Below are positions 1 to 9,661 of a stretch of DNA of 64,000 nt, piece after piece; the stretch's first letter is position 1, and every line of letters begins with the position of its first letter. Origin of the DNA: an uncultured Chloroflexia bacterium (GTDB lineage Bacteria; Chloroflexota; Chloroflexia; QHBQ01; JADMIH01). The notes beneath the pieces are model-generated. The model was given only the letters and a program-made list of their open reading frames with translations. It searched no databases and was not told the origin of the DNA. The stretch covers positions 416,001 through 480,000 of the forward strand of contig CAWCNY010000005.1 of assembly GCA_963797095.1 (NCBI GenBank), written 5' to 3'. A program made the translations under genes and the position numbers.

Positions 1-613
1 ACTCGGCGGAAAAGCTGAGTATGTCGAAGGTGTTGCCGTTCAAGACGAGGGTGTCCTGGGCGTGCATAAGGCCCGGAAGACCACCGCCACCCAGCGCGGA
101 GTTGAGCAGGTAGGCGCTGTCGATTACCACGGCGGGCTTGCTTTGCACGGTGGTGTTCATTACCTGTAGGGTGCGGTAGCCGACCAGTTGGTTCTGGCGC
201 TGGAGTGCCCAGTTGGCGGCTGCCATCGCGAGGTCATCCTGCGGGGTGGGTTCGCCGCCTGTGATTGGCTTGGGCGCAAGTGTAGACTTGTCAAGCTGGC
301 GCACGCTGATGCGCGGCCCAAAAGAATAGTAAGTGTCGGGGTCGGCGGCAGCGAAGGCCGCGCCTGTTTCGTCCACGGTGGTCCAGGTGGAGGGATAGCT
401 GATGGTGGTGTCGCCTGCGGTGGCGGTGGTGGACTGGTTGGTAACCACGAACATCAGGGAGAGGCCGATTATCAGAGCGGCAGCCAGCGTGAGCCACACT
501 ACCCACTCAGGCTCTTCTTCGTTACGGAAGGCGCGTTTGACAGCATCTACCTCGTCGGACATATCGAGCATCTCGCGCACTTCACGCGTGGTTTCTTTCA
601 TGGCATCTCTCAT
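1..613 (-). CDS. Hypothetical membrane-anchored protein, partial (runs off the window start)
   Basis: ATG at 613 with AAGGAG SD upstream (617-622); open frame MRDAMKETTREV...WVVWLTLAAALIIGLSLMFVV (one TM) to the window edge; absent from the ORF track because it is truncated. Confidence 0.75.
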   Translation of the reverse strand, partial: MRDAMKETTREVREMLDMSDEVDAVKRAFRNEEEPEWVVWLTLAAALIIGLSLMFVVTNQSTTATAGDTTISYPSTWTTVDETGAAFAAADPDTYYSFGPRISVRQLDKSTLAPKPITGGEPTPQDDLAMAAANWALQRQNQLVGYRTLQVMNTTVQSKPAVVIDSAYLLNSALGGGGLPGLMHAQDTLVLNGNTFDILSFSAE

Positions 614-630
614 GTAAGCTCCTTCGTCCG

Positions 631-1602
631 CTAGCGTGCTGCGGCTAATGTGGCTTCGTTTAAGCGACGGATCATGGTGAAGAGGGCTACGAAGGTGCCG
701 CCGGCTATTATTACGGCTACTACAAGGCCGTACCAGGGGTTGAGGGAGAAGCCGCCTATTTTGGTAACTTCGCCGAGGACGTAGCTGGTGACGCCGTTCA
801 GGATGGCGGCGAGGGTCAGGCCCATTGGAAGCCAGAAGGGGCCTTTACGCTCGAATTTGGCGATACCGAGAAAATAGCCCATGACGCCCGCGAAGCTGGC
901 CTGGGCGAGCGCGGCAGTTACTACACGTATGACGCCTACAGCGAGGTCGACTCCGCCATTACTGAGGATGTATTGCAGGTTGAGCATGGTGGCGTACCCG
1001 AGTCCGGCGGCGGCCCCATAGATTATGCCGTCAACGCGCTCATCGAACTCCGCTGAGTAGAAGATGGTGTAGCGGACGGCGGCATACTTAAGGAATTCCT
1101 GTATGAAACCCGCGATCAGGATAGAGGCAAGGATGTTGATCAGTGCACTGCCGCTGGCCCAGTTCTGGATGCCAAAGAAGTCGCGGATAAGGGGCTGGCC
1201 CACAGCCTGGGCCAGGAGCGCGCCCAGGAGAAAGACGCCAATTACATAGCGTTTGGGTTCGGGTTCCAGGCGGTCTTGCTGGTAGAAGGCCACAAGCCAG
1301 ATCAAGGCAGGCACGACAGCCATGATCAGCCCCGCGATCAGGAGACCTGCTCCGCTCAACTCTATGTCGGCCAGGCCGAACAGGAGAGCGAGAATAGCCG
1401 CGAAAATGACCAGCACACCGACGGTGAAGATAAGGGGACCGGCTGCGGCCTTGTTCTCCCGCGCCAGGCGTGCATATTCGGCGGCACTATATGTGCGCCC
1501 ACCAATAGTGTAAGTCTTCTTGACAGTCACGACCGTGGAAGTAGCGACCGGGGTCGCAGGTGGGGTGGGGGGTGTCGGAGCCGGGGTAGGTTCGTTATCC
1601 AT
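631..1602 (-). CDS. PrsW-family intramembrane protease-like protein with degenerate catalytic motifs
   Basis: DRLEPEP, QEFLKY, FDERVDGIIYGAAAGLGY motifs typical of PrsW (M82); multiple TM helices; start at MDNEPTP preferred over 1638. Confidence 0.8.
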   Translation of the reverse strand: MDNEPTPAPTPPTPPATPVATSTVVTVKKTYTIGGRTYSAAEYARLARENKAAAGPLIFTVGVLVIFAAILALLFGLADIELSGAGLLIAGLIMAVVPALIWLVAFYQQDRLEPEPKRYVIGVFLLGALLAQAVGQPLIRDFFGIQNWASGSALINILASILIAGFIQEFLKYAAVRYTIFYSAEFDERVDGIIYGAAAGLGYATMLNLQYILSNGGVDLAVGVIRVVTAALAQASFAGVMGYFLGIAKFERKGPFWLPMGLTLAAILNGVTSYVLGEVTKIGGFSLNPWYGLVVAVIIAGGTFVALFTMIRRLNEATLAAAR

Positions 1603-1713
1603 AGACCTGCCTGTACCTCCTTCTAGAATATGGCGCATCTTGCGCGCTGCATCGGGCGAGACACATTACACCACGTGTCATGTGGACGCTCGTAAAGCGC
1701 CTCCGCTTCAGCA

Positions 1714-1743
1714 ATTATAGGAAGGCGTGTAGTTCTCTGTCAA
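1714..1743 (-). promoter_or_regulatory. Sigma70-type promoter TTGACA-N18-TATAAT
   Basis: Exact consensus hexamers on the minus strand (1743-1738, 1719-1714) upstream of the PrsW-like gene. Confidence 0.7.
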
Positions 1744-1745
1744 TA

Positions 1746-1778
1746 GTAGTGGGCGGGCCTGGTGTTTGCCCGCCCTAC
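1746..1778. repeat. GTAG...CTAC palindrome (REP-like or terminator hairpin)
   Basis: GTAG(T)GGGCGGGC-N9-GCCCGCCCTAC. Confidence 0.5.
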
Positions 1779-1888
1779 ATTATGATTATGGCACATAGAG
1801 CAGGGGAGTGGGGCATACAACGGGAGATACAGGGTAATATACAATAACAGGAAAAGCAGATCGAATATACAAACACAACTTGATACAG

Positions 1889-4450
1889 TTACGGAGTGAC
1901 CCAGCCGTTGCGCCTGGCGACCTCCGTACCCAGCAGGCCTAGCAGGACTTCGTTGGGGGTTCCGGCGTATTCCAGGTGATATTCGAAGCGGTTGCGCTCG
2001 AAGTACTGCACGAGATAGCCGTCTTCAACCAGTTCCCCTGAGATGGGGTAGCCGAAGATCGCCAGCCCACCGTGATCATTCCAGTACTTGAGGAACGCAC
2101 CTTTCAGAGAGTGCTGGGTCTCGTTGAAATAGACCTGGGTGGGGGTAATCTGGACCGGGGCTTCGGGCGGGAATATTCTACCTTTGGTCACTTCCACACC
2201 CAGCAGGCCCATCAGCACATCGTTCGAGCTGCCGCTGAACTCCGGGTGGTACTCGAAGCGGTTGCGCTCGAAGTACTGCACGGCGTAGGTCTGGCCGTCG
2301 GCGGGATTTATGTCCTGGAACTCTTCCGAGATGGGATAGCCGAAGATCGCCAGCCCGCCGTTTTCGTTCCAGAATTTGAGGAACGGACCCTTGAGGGTAT
2401 GCCCGACCTCCGGGAAGTAGACTACTTGCTCGGTATTGGTGAGCGGGGGCACGCGGTCAAAGGCTAAGGGACGCGGCTGCGGGATCAGGAAGTCGATCGT
2501 CTTGATGTCGCCCGCAGTGCCATCGACCTGCACCGTATAAGGCCCTATACGCATGCCCGTCGGCCCTGCGGCAGATAGAGCGTAGAAGCCGGATGCCAGG
2601 TTGTCGAACGTAAACGCGCCGTCGCCGTCGGGCTGGATCGATATCTCAGGTGCGTTCACACCGAGAGAAGGCTGTAGGTAGACAGTTACTGTGCCGGGGT
2701 CCGCGCCTCGTACGGTGCCCTTGATAGCCGACTGGCCCAGGCCGACCCCCGCCACAACTGTGAGGTCAACCGAGGCTTGCCGCCCACTGGAGGTACCTGT
2801 AGCGTTGAGCCTGGCGGAACCGATGGGCACATCTTTGGGCAGAGCCACCTCTGCACGGAAATCGCCTATGGCGTTTGCTTGCGCGTTGCCGAGTCCCCTG
2901 GCGGCTGCGTCGGCGGGGAGCCGGATGTCGAAATCAACGCTCTCGTTGGGATCGAAGCCTGAGCCGATGATAGCAAGCAGGCCACCCGGGGCCGCCGTGT
3001 TGCTGTCTAGCTGAATTGAGGCAGGTTGAGATGCTCCTGGGGTAGCCGTAGCTTCCGGCTCGGTTGTGGGCTGTGGGACGGGACTGGGGGTACGGGTTGG
3101 GAGGACACCGCCCGCCGCGATCTGCTGGGCCAGCTGCACGGCCTTAAAGGCGTTCAGTCTGCCTCGGCCCGTATATTCATCCCAGCCCTGAGGGCCGATA
3201 TCATCGGAGGAGTCCTCAAGGATATAGCGCACCTGCTGGGCGCTGAAGCCGGGGTTGATGCCCCAGACCAGGGCTGCCACGCCCACCACTATGGGGCAAG
3301 CGAACGATGTGCCGTTGCCGTACTCGTAACCAAGCTTGCCGTTGTCCCACGATGTACTGAGAATACCGACGCCCGGCGCGGAGATATCAAGGTAAGGCCC
3401 ATAGGAGGAGAAGCCTGTGGCGGCGTCATTCCTGACGGTAGCGCCCACGGCCATCGCGTAGTCGCTGGCGGCGGGGTAATGGGGCTTGCCATCCGGGCTG
3501 TTGCCGGCTGCCGCAATGAAGAGAACGTTCTTGTCGTAGGCATACTTGATAGCGTCTTCTTGAATTGCGCTATCTTCGTCGCCACCGAGGCTGACGTTGA
3601 GGATGTTGGCACCGTGGTCAACTGCCCAACGTATGCCTGCGGCCACCATTTCGTCTGTGCCTTCGCCATTGGAACCGCCCAGCACTTTGACCGGCATGAT
3701 GCGAGCGCCCCAGGATAGGCCCGCGATGCCTATGCTGTTGTTGCCGATGGCAGCGGCGATGCCTGCGGTCATGGTTCCGTGGCCGAAGTCATCATAGGGG
3801 TCGTCATCCTGGTTGTAGAAGTCGTAGCCGCCAACGTATTTGCCTTCAAGATCGGGGTGATCATAGGCAGTGCCTGTATCTATGACACCGATCGTGATGT
3901 TCTGGGAACCCGTCGTGACGTCCCACGCTTCCTCAGCATCGACCTGGCTGACATACCACTGCTGGTTACCGACGTATTCCTCGTCGTTGGGGGCTTTGTC
4001 TACCTTATAGATGTGATTGGGCTGGGCGTAGGAGACCAGGCCGGTAGATTGGAGGGCCGCAGAGGCGGCATTTATGTTCAGATCGGCGCCGTCGGCGCTG
4101 GTCATTTTGTAGACGCCTGGCAACACTTCGTCGCCGACACTTAGGCCGAACCGGTCCATCGTTTGATTGAGTGAGGACGAGGTGAGCGCCTCCGGCGACG
4201 AGAGCTTGACGAGTAGCTCGCCTGGGATGTAGTTGAGATCCATGCTGTCAGCCAGCTTGATGGAGAGCGCGGCCGCCGAAGGGGAAGAGGTGTCTATATG
4301 GTGGGATTGGAAGGAGATTGTCGAGGCGGAGGTTTGCGCTGGGTGTGCCCATAAAAGGGGAGACAGAGATAGGACGGGCACGATCAAGGCAAGGAATAAT
4401 CTGGCGGCGCGCCGCACCCCGGCGCTCTTAACTAATCGCATATATTGCAC
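1889..4450 (-). CDS. Secreted S8 (thermitase/subtilisin-like) serine peptidase with C-terminal Chloroflexi surface repeats
   Basis: Signal peptide; catalytic triad motifs IDTG, HGTMTAG, GTSFACP; P/T linker; two FPE.GH...GGLAIFGYPIS...VQYFERNRFEYH repeats. Confidence 0.9.
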   Translation of the reverse strand: MQYMRLVKSAGVRRAARLFLALIVPVLSLSPLLWAHPAQTSASTISFQSHHIDTSSPSAAALSIKLADSMDLNYIPGELLVKLSSPEALTSSSLNQTMDRFGLSVGDEVLPGVYKMTSADGADLNINAASAALQSTGLVSYAQPNHIYKVDKAPNDEEYVGNQQWYVSQVDAEEAWDVTTGSQNITIGVIDTGTAYDHPDLEGKYVGGYDFYNQDDDPYDDFGHGTMTAGIAAAIGNNSIGIAGLSWGARIMPVKVLGGSNGEGTDEMVAAGIRWAVDHGANILNVSLGGDEDSAIQEDAIKYAYDKNVLFIAAAGNSPDGKPHYPAASDYAMAVGATVRNDAATGFSSYGPYLDISAPGVGILSTSWDNGKLGYEYGNGTSFACPIVVGVAALVWGINPGFSAQQVRYILEDSSDDIGPQGWDEYTGRGRLNAFKAVQLAQQIAAGGVLPTRTPSPVPQPTTEPEATATPGASQPASIQLDSNTAAPGGLLAIIGSGFDPNESVDFDIRLPADAAARGLGNAQANAIGDFRAEVALPKDVPIGSARLNATGTSSGRQASVDLTVVAGVGLGQSAIKGTVRGADPGTVTVYLQPSLGVNAPEISIQPDGDGAFTFDNLASGFYALSAAGPTGMRIGPYTVQVDGTAGDIKTIDFLIPQPRPLAFDRVPPLTNTEQVVYFPEVGHTLKGPFLKFWNENGGLAIFGYPISEEFQDINPADGQTYAVQYFERNRFEYHPEFSGSSNDVLMGLLGVEVTKGRIFPPEAPVQITPTQVYFNETQHSLKGAFLKYWNDHGGLAIFGYPISGELVEDGYLVQYFERNRFEYHLEYAGTPNEVLLGLLGTEVARRNGWVTP

Positions 4451-4641
4451 CTTTCAAACAGGAATATGGTAGAGGCTAATTCACACGCTGGTATAAGGTG
4501 CGAAAGCACACTTCGGCTCATCAGGGATCGTATTGAAAATCGCGCGCATGTATGCAAGTAGATGTATACAGGCTAGACAGTCGGTAGCGCTACGCCACAT
4601 ACGGGTAGTATACCAAAAAATCGAACGAGGGAGCGCTATAC

Positions 4642-7425
4642 CTACCGGAGGGCGAAAACGTAGACGCCGTCTTTGTGGAATATTAGCTGGGTGTAATCGC
4701 TGGAAAGCATGAGTGGAACATTGAGAGCGCCACCGCGCGAGCCTACATAGATATGAGTAATGCCTACATCTTTGAGGCTTTGCCAGTTCTGAGGGGTCAT
4801 ATCCTTACTGAACGGCTCGTATTGAATGATGGAAAGCACCCCGTCAAGGTAATTTGGGTCGGCGAGACGCTCATTGTAGGCAGGCAGGGGAGGGACTGTG
4901 GTCTGGACGCCTGACATCAGAGGAATCCACATCCCGGCATCGGAACCATAGACATTGGTGGGCGCCCACTCGAACGCAAAGGGATTGGCGAGCACGGTAG
5001 CGTTGCGAGGGAGGTTGTCGCGCATCCAGAGGAGGGCTTCGCGGTCGGCTGGGGCGAAATAGGGCTTGCTGTCGAGATCGGAGGCTATGGGGAGTGCTAT
5101 CGCCAGCGCGATGAGCAAGAGGGCCACGGCAGATACGGCGCGCACGCCGGTACGCCAGAGGCGTGCGCGAAGGCCTGAGAAGGAATTGCCTGCCATCAGA
5201 ATCTGGCGCGACAGCAGTTCCAGGGCGTAGCCGGAAAGAAGGCCGAGAGGCAACCAGAGGCTTTGCGCCCAGGTCGTTATGTCAAGATAACCGGAGTAGG
5301 GGAGCCGCAATCCGGGCGCGATAAAGTCGAAGAGGTACGGGTCGGACCAGAGGCCGAGGAGCGCCCACGCGCCCGCTACCAGCAGTAGAGGCCACACGCG
5401 CTGCCGTATGGCGAGCAGGAGACCCAGCAAACCGGTGATGTACAAGGCCCACATGGTAGGGTGGGTAACTAAGCTGGATATGTTGCCCAGGTCGTAATAT
5501 TGGCGGGTTTCGGGGTTGTCGCGCCCTACGAGGTGGCTGTGGAAGTTCTGGGCAAGGTTAAGGAGCCAGGGGCTTAGAGCGGCCAGGGTGAGCAGCGCAA
5601 GCAGCCCGGCTCGCCTGATGAGCAATAAGGGGGTGATTTCCGGCCTGGTTGAGGGGTTGCCGGGTCGCGCGGGACGCCTCACTGTGCTTGCGAGCAGCCT
5701 ACCAACTACATAGAGAGCGAACATGACGGCGAAGATCATAGCGATCCGGTAATGGGTGAGGAAGAGGCCCGCCACGCCGATCACGCCGAGGATGTAAGGA
5801 CCGGAGCGCTGGAGCGCGAGATAGGTGGTGCGGAGCGCAGACGATGAATTGCTGTTGCCCTGATCTGCCACGACCAGTGACTGATCCCCGGACGCAGGGG
5901 AACGCCCCAATACATTGAGCGCAAGGAGCCACGCGACGGGCAGAACCGCGAGGCCCAGGCCCTGGGTGTAGCGACTCCAGTTGACGTAGTAGGCGGGGAA
6001 GATGCAGACGAGGCCGGCCAGCGCGCCCGCGATGAGGCCCGCCCAGCGATTGCCGAAGGCGCGCCATGCGAAAAGGGGGAGGGTGAGGACAGGGAGAGCT
6101 GTGGCGAACTGGCCTACCTGGGGCATCAGCGAGAGGAGGTCTTCGGGGCGGGTCTGAGAGGTGAGCCAGGCCACGCTCGCGATAAGGGTATGGAAGCCAT
6201 AGTGGTATGTGAAGGAGGCGAGCGGGGCATAGGGCTGGTAGTCGCCTGGGATGCCCCCGTTGTCGATGATCATGCGGGCAATTAGAGTGTGGTGGTATGC
6301 GTCGAGCCCCATGCCTGCGGGGGCATCGCGTAGGGAAACGAAGCGCACCGCCAGAGTGAGCACGAAAAGGAGAGCCAGCAGGCCCCAGAATAAGAGATCG
6401 ATGGGAAGGAGGCGCAAGCGGTCCCTGAGAGCGCGAAGGCCGCGCCCGGAGGAGGATGGACCTGTTTGTTGGCTACCGGCGCTTGAGGACCGCACACTCT
6501 TGTAGACCGCCCAGGCGCAGGCAATCGCGGAAATGAGCACTATGAGCCATAGGCCCAGCGCGCCAATGGGCAGACCCGACGCCTTCATTACCAGGAGGAA
6601 GACTGGCAGGACCAGCGCGGTGAGGGCGGGTGCCGCGAGCACGCTTTGCCCGCGATTGAATCCGGAAGGGATCCAGGACAAGAGGGCGAGGCCGGGCAGG
6701 AAGAGAAGGGCAATCCAGGCGAGTAGAGGAAAGAGCGCGCCGGAAAGGGTGGCAAGGATATCGCCCAGGAGGTCGGTAGCTTCGTAGCGATAATAAGCCG
6801 AGATGACAAGGTCCCCGTCCTGCGGGCCATCGTCTGTGTACATGCTTCCGGAAGAGAGCATGTCGAAGGAGTTATAGCGTACGGCGAAAGCCTGGGTTAG
6901 TGGTCTGTCAGGCGCTTGAAAGACAAGGGTGTAGGCCATGCCCTCAGAGTTGGAGATGGGCGGGAAAGCTACTGTAAGGAAAGGATCGCGGGCGAAGCTT
7001 GTGGAGCGAAATGGAGCGCTGTAGAGCACGCGGCCCGAAACGCCGTCGCCTTCGAGCAGGCGCACCTCGCCGGGGGCCGAAAGGTTGGGCCTGGTGGCAA
7101 GCTGCATGTCGATGCGGTCGAGGTTGTTCCTGGCTACGAGGAAGCTTTGTGCTACCAGAGTGGTGGTCGATGTGGTGGTATCGGCGTCGTACTGGTGCTG
7201 CTCCAGGGTGCGCAGTTCGATGCCGTTGGAGAGGCTGAAGAGCGCCCCTAGCCCCGCGAGCAGGAGCAATACAGGTGTGAGCCATAGAAGCAGAGCGCGC
7301 ACCGGCCTGGGCAACGGGCGGCGCAATACGGCCCAGGTGCGCCTGATCCAGGCGGTAGATCTGCCAAGGATGCTTCGCTTGCCTCCTGAGCCTGACCCAC
7401 CCACTGGACGAACAGGTAGCTGCAT
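4642..7425 (-). CDS. Large polytopic membrane protein, probable GT-C fold glycosyltransferase
   Basis: 927 aa, more than 12 TM segments; DAYHH loop, YHYGFH, C-terminal D.EALLWMRDNLP...GITHIYVG domain typical of GT-C-like proteins. Confidence 0.65.
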   Translation of the reverse strand: MQLPVRPVGGSGSGGKRSILGRSTAWIRRTWAVLRRPLPRPVRALLLWLTPVLLLLAGLGALFSLSNGIELRTLEQHQYDADTTTSTTTLVAQSFLVARNNLDRIDMQLATRPNLSAPGEVRLLEGDGVSGRVLYSAPFRSTSFARDPFLTVAFPPISNSEGMAYTLVFQAPDRPLTQAFAVRYNSFDMLSSGSMYTDDGPQDGDLVISAYYRYEATDLLGDILATLSGALFPLLAWIALLFLPGLALLSWIPSGFNRGQSVLAAPALTALVLPVFLLVMKASGLPIGALGLWLIVLISAIACAWAVYKSVRSSSAGSQQTGPSSSGRGLRALRDRLRLLPIDLLFWGLLALLFVLTLAVRFVSLRDAPAGMGLDAYHHTLIARMIIDNGGIPGDYQPYAPLASFTYHYGFHTLIASVAWLTSQTRPEDLLSLMPQVGQFATALPVLTLPLFAWRAFGNRWAGLIAGALAGLVCIFPAYYVNWSRYTQGLGLAVLPVAWLLALNVLGRSPASGDQSLVVADQGNSNSSSALRTTYLALQRSGPYILGVIGVAGLFLTHYRIAMIFAVMFALYVVGRLLASTVRRPARPGNPSTRPEITPLLLIRRAGLLALLTLAALSPWLLNLAQNFHSHLVGRDNPETRQYYDLGNISSLVTHPTMWALYITGLLGLLLAIRQRVWPLLLVAGAWALLGLWSDPYLFDFIAPGLRLPYSGYLDITTWAQSLWLPLGLLSGYALELLSRQILMAGNSFSGLRARLWRTGVRAVSAVALLLIALAIALPIASDLDSKPYFAPADREALLWMRDNLPRNATVLANPFAFEWAPTNVYGSDAGMWIPLMSGVQTTVPPLPAYNERLADPNYLDGVLSIIQYEPFSKDMTPQNWQSLKDVGITHIYVGSRGGALNVPLMLSSDYTQLIFHKDGVYVFALR

Positions 7426-7437
7426 CGGACTTACGTC

Positions 7438-8700
7438 TTAAACCTCGATGATGTCCCTTGTGGAGAATGTGAGCGCCTGCAAACCTTCCTGCGTCAGCAG
7501 GTATGTATCCTCAATGCCGATAGCGCCGCGACTCTCAAATATCAGCTTCGGCTCGATGGCGAGCACCATCCCAACTTCGAGGACCGCGTCGGTACCGCGC
7601 TGGAGGGCGGGCCATTCGTCCAACTCAAGGCCGACAGCGTGGCCGACGAAGGGCACGCGCTGGCCTGGAGATTCGCTTTCGGGTGGGCCCATAAAGTTGT
7701 CGCCATAGCCGAGATTGGTGGCGTATTCGACGGCCATAGTATAGAGATCGCCGCTGGTGATGCCGGGGCGGACGTTGCGCTCAAGATGTTGCTGCACCGC
7801 ACGCATGGCCGAGTAGGCGTCGAGCCAGAACTGCGAAAGCTTGCCTACGGAGAGGGTGCGGGTCTGGTCTGATATGTAGCCGCCCCACTCGGAGGCGAAA
7901 TCGAGCAACACAGGCTCGCCGCGCCGGATCAGCCGTCTGCCTGCCCCGAAAGGAGCCCAGGGGCCGAGGCCCGGCCCGCCCTGGGGCGAGTTCATAAAGG
8001 ATGGGATAGCACCCGACTCGCCTGCCAGCACGTGGCCCATGTGCATCTCCTGGCCTGGGAAACGCATGCGCTGTAGACCGCTGTGGCCGGCGATACGCGC
8101 CTCGGCCTCCACGCGGGCGGCAACCTCCAACTCGCTGATCCCTTCGCGCAGGTAGCGGGCTGCGGCCTTCACGATCACATCCGAGACCTGGGCGGCACGC
8201 TTGATCTGGGCTATCTCGTAGTCGCTTTTGAGGGCGCGCACACGCCTGAAGAGCATGGAGGCGTCCAGATGTTTCGCGCCCAGAGGTTGCAAAGCGCGCT
8301 CGAAAGCGCCGGAGGTTAGAACCGGCAGCGTATCAAGCTCCCAGCCTATGGCGGCGGGCTTGCGGCCACCGGCCTCCTCGATAAGGGCCGGAAGATCGCG
8401 CAGAGATCGCACCGCCACTATACGGCCCCAACCCTGACCAAGAGGCGAATCGGCCTCGGCGCGACCTGGGTGCTTGCGTACCATCAGGATCGGCTCGCCC
8501 TCAACGGGAAGGTATACCTGGGCTTGCTGGATCGCGCCCGACAGATAGAAGATGTCGGCGTTCTGTGTAGCCATCACCCCGTCGAGGTTAGCCTCGCGCA
8601 TGGCGGCTTGCAATCGGGCGGCACGAGCCTGTAATTCCGCGAGCGGGGTAGATTGGGGCTGAGGATAAAGCCCTTGCATGGTGACAGTATCGTGTATCAT
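7438..8700 (-). CDS. M24 family (Xaa-Pro) peptidase
   Basis: Creatinase-like N-domain; LLDFA..GGYISDQTRT, GHAVGLELDE, LAIEP, GIEDT motifs; start at 8700 or 8679 (the 8886 start overlaps the divergent gene). Confidence 0.85.
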   Translation of the reverse strand: MIHDTVTMQGLYPQPQSTPLAELQARAARLQAAMREANLDGVMATQNADIFYLSGAIQQAQVYLPVEGEPILMVRKHPGRAEADSPLGQGWGRIVAVRSLRDLPALIEEAGGRKPAAIGWELDTLPVLTSGAFERALQPLGAKHLDASMLFRRVRALKSDYEIAQIKRAAQVSDVIVKAAARYLREGISELEVAARVEAEARIAGHSGLQRMRFPGQEMHMGHVLAGESGAIPSFMNSPQGGPGLGPWAPFGAGRRLIRRGEPVLLDFASEWGGYISDQTRTLSVGKLSQFWLDAYSAMRAVQQHLERNVRPGITSGDLYTMAVEYATNLGYGDNFMGPPESESPGQRVPFVGHAVGLELDEWPALQRGTDAVLEVGMVLAIEPKLIFESRGAIGIEDTYLLTQEGLQALTFSTRDIIEV

Positions 8701-8823
8701 ACGCACGACAGTATACCATAGAGGTCGGTTGGCGGCTGCTTCGCTTGACGCTTGTGGTATAATCATGAGCGCCGGGTGGTAGGTGATTCCACGCCCGCTG
8801 ATAGGAAGAAAAAGGATAAGGAA

Positions 8824-9477
8824 ATGACACATCAGGATAATCCACAACAGACAGAACATAAAGAAGATCAGCATCACGACCACCACTCATATGGCCATAC
8901 ACATGGACACAGCCACGGACACGATCACGACAAGGAGCACGACGATTTCCGGAGGCAACTTGATACGCAGCGCAGGTTGAAGGATAAGTTTCTGTTGGAG
9001 CACCCACAATCACCGCTTTTGCCTGAGGACAAAGAGCACTTTGAGGGCGCACACTACTACCCGGTGGACGTGAAATACCGGGTGATGGCGACTTTCGAGC
9101 CTGAAGAGCACCCAGGCATATTCCGCGTTCAGACCAGCACCGGCGATTTCAAGGAGTACACTCGTGCCGGTAGGCTCCACTTCGAGATTGACGACCAGCA
9201 CTTAAGCCTGGTGGCATTCTTGCCGCCCGCCGATGAGCCAATGCACGGCAACCGCCTCTTCGTGCCGTTCCGCGATAAGACATCGGGAAAAGAGACTTAC
9301 GGAGCGGGCCGCTATCTCGACTTGAACAAGCGCCCAGGCGACCAGTATGTGCTAGACTTCAACCGGGCCTACAATCCATACTGCGCTTACAGCCCATACT
9401 ATTCGTGCCCAATACCCCCGGGTGAAAACAACCTGCCTGTAGAGATCAGAGCGGGTGAAAAAGCGTTTCACGATTGA
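8824..9477 (+). CDS. DUF1684 family protein with His-rich N-terminus
   Basis: FRDKTSGKETYGAGRYLD and LDFNRAYNPYCAYSPYYSCPIPP motifs; TGgTATAAT at 8755-8763; AAGGA SD before ATG 8824. Confidence 0.85.
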   Translation: MTHQDNPQQTEHKEDQHHDHHSYGHTHGHSHGHDHDKEHDDFRRQLDTQRRLKDKFLLEHPQSPLLPEDKEHFEGAHYYPVDVKYRVMATFEPEEHPGIFRVQTSTGDFKEYTRAGRLHFEIDDQHLSLVAFLPPADEPMHGNRLFVPFRDKTSGKETYGAGRYLDLNKRPGDQYVLDFNRAYNPYCAYSPYYSCPIPPGENNLPVEIRAGEKAFHD

Positions 9478-9492
9478 GCGCGAACGCCATAG

Positions 9493-9632
9493 GTGATACG
9501 TGAATTGTTACAGCCTTCGTATGTAGTAGGGGAAACAATTAATACTCTAAGCGCACGCAGCATGTATCTCGCTGCATATAGAGCAGTAAGCAATAATCAC
9601 GTATCACATATTGCGTACCACGAAAATTCACG
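9493..9632. repeat. Period-7 repeat (ATCACGT type) with inverted upstream arm
   Basis: ATCACGT ATCACAT ATTGCGT ACCACGA at 9596-9623; GTGATACGTGA (9493-9503) is the reverse complement of 9597-9607. Confidence 0.6.
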
Positions 9633-9661
9633 TTACACCTTAGCCGCAAGGAGGATCTAGC

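Noticed and set aside
1983-2282. 30-bp exact repeat inside the S8 gene
   Set aside because: It is explained by the duplicated VQYFERNRFE protein module
4451-4641. Riboswitch upstream of the S8 protease (GTGC-GAAA-GCAC hairpin)
   Set aside because: Only a small hairpin; no other conserved elements of a known riboswitch class were recognised
5858-5896. Possible decayed heptamer insert in a loop of the GT-C gene
   Set aside because: The periodicity is too degenerate to support by eye
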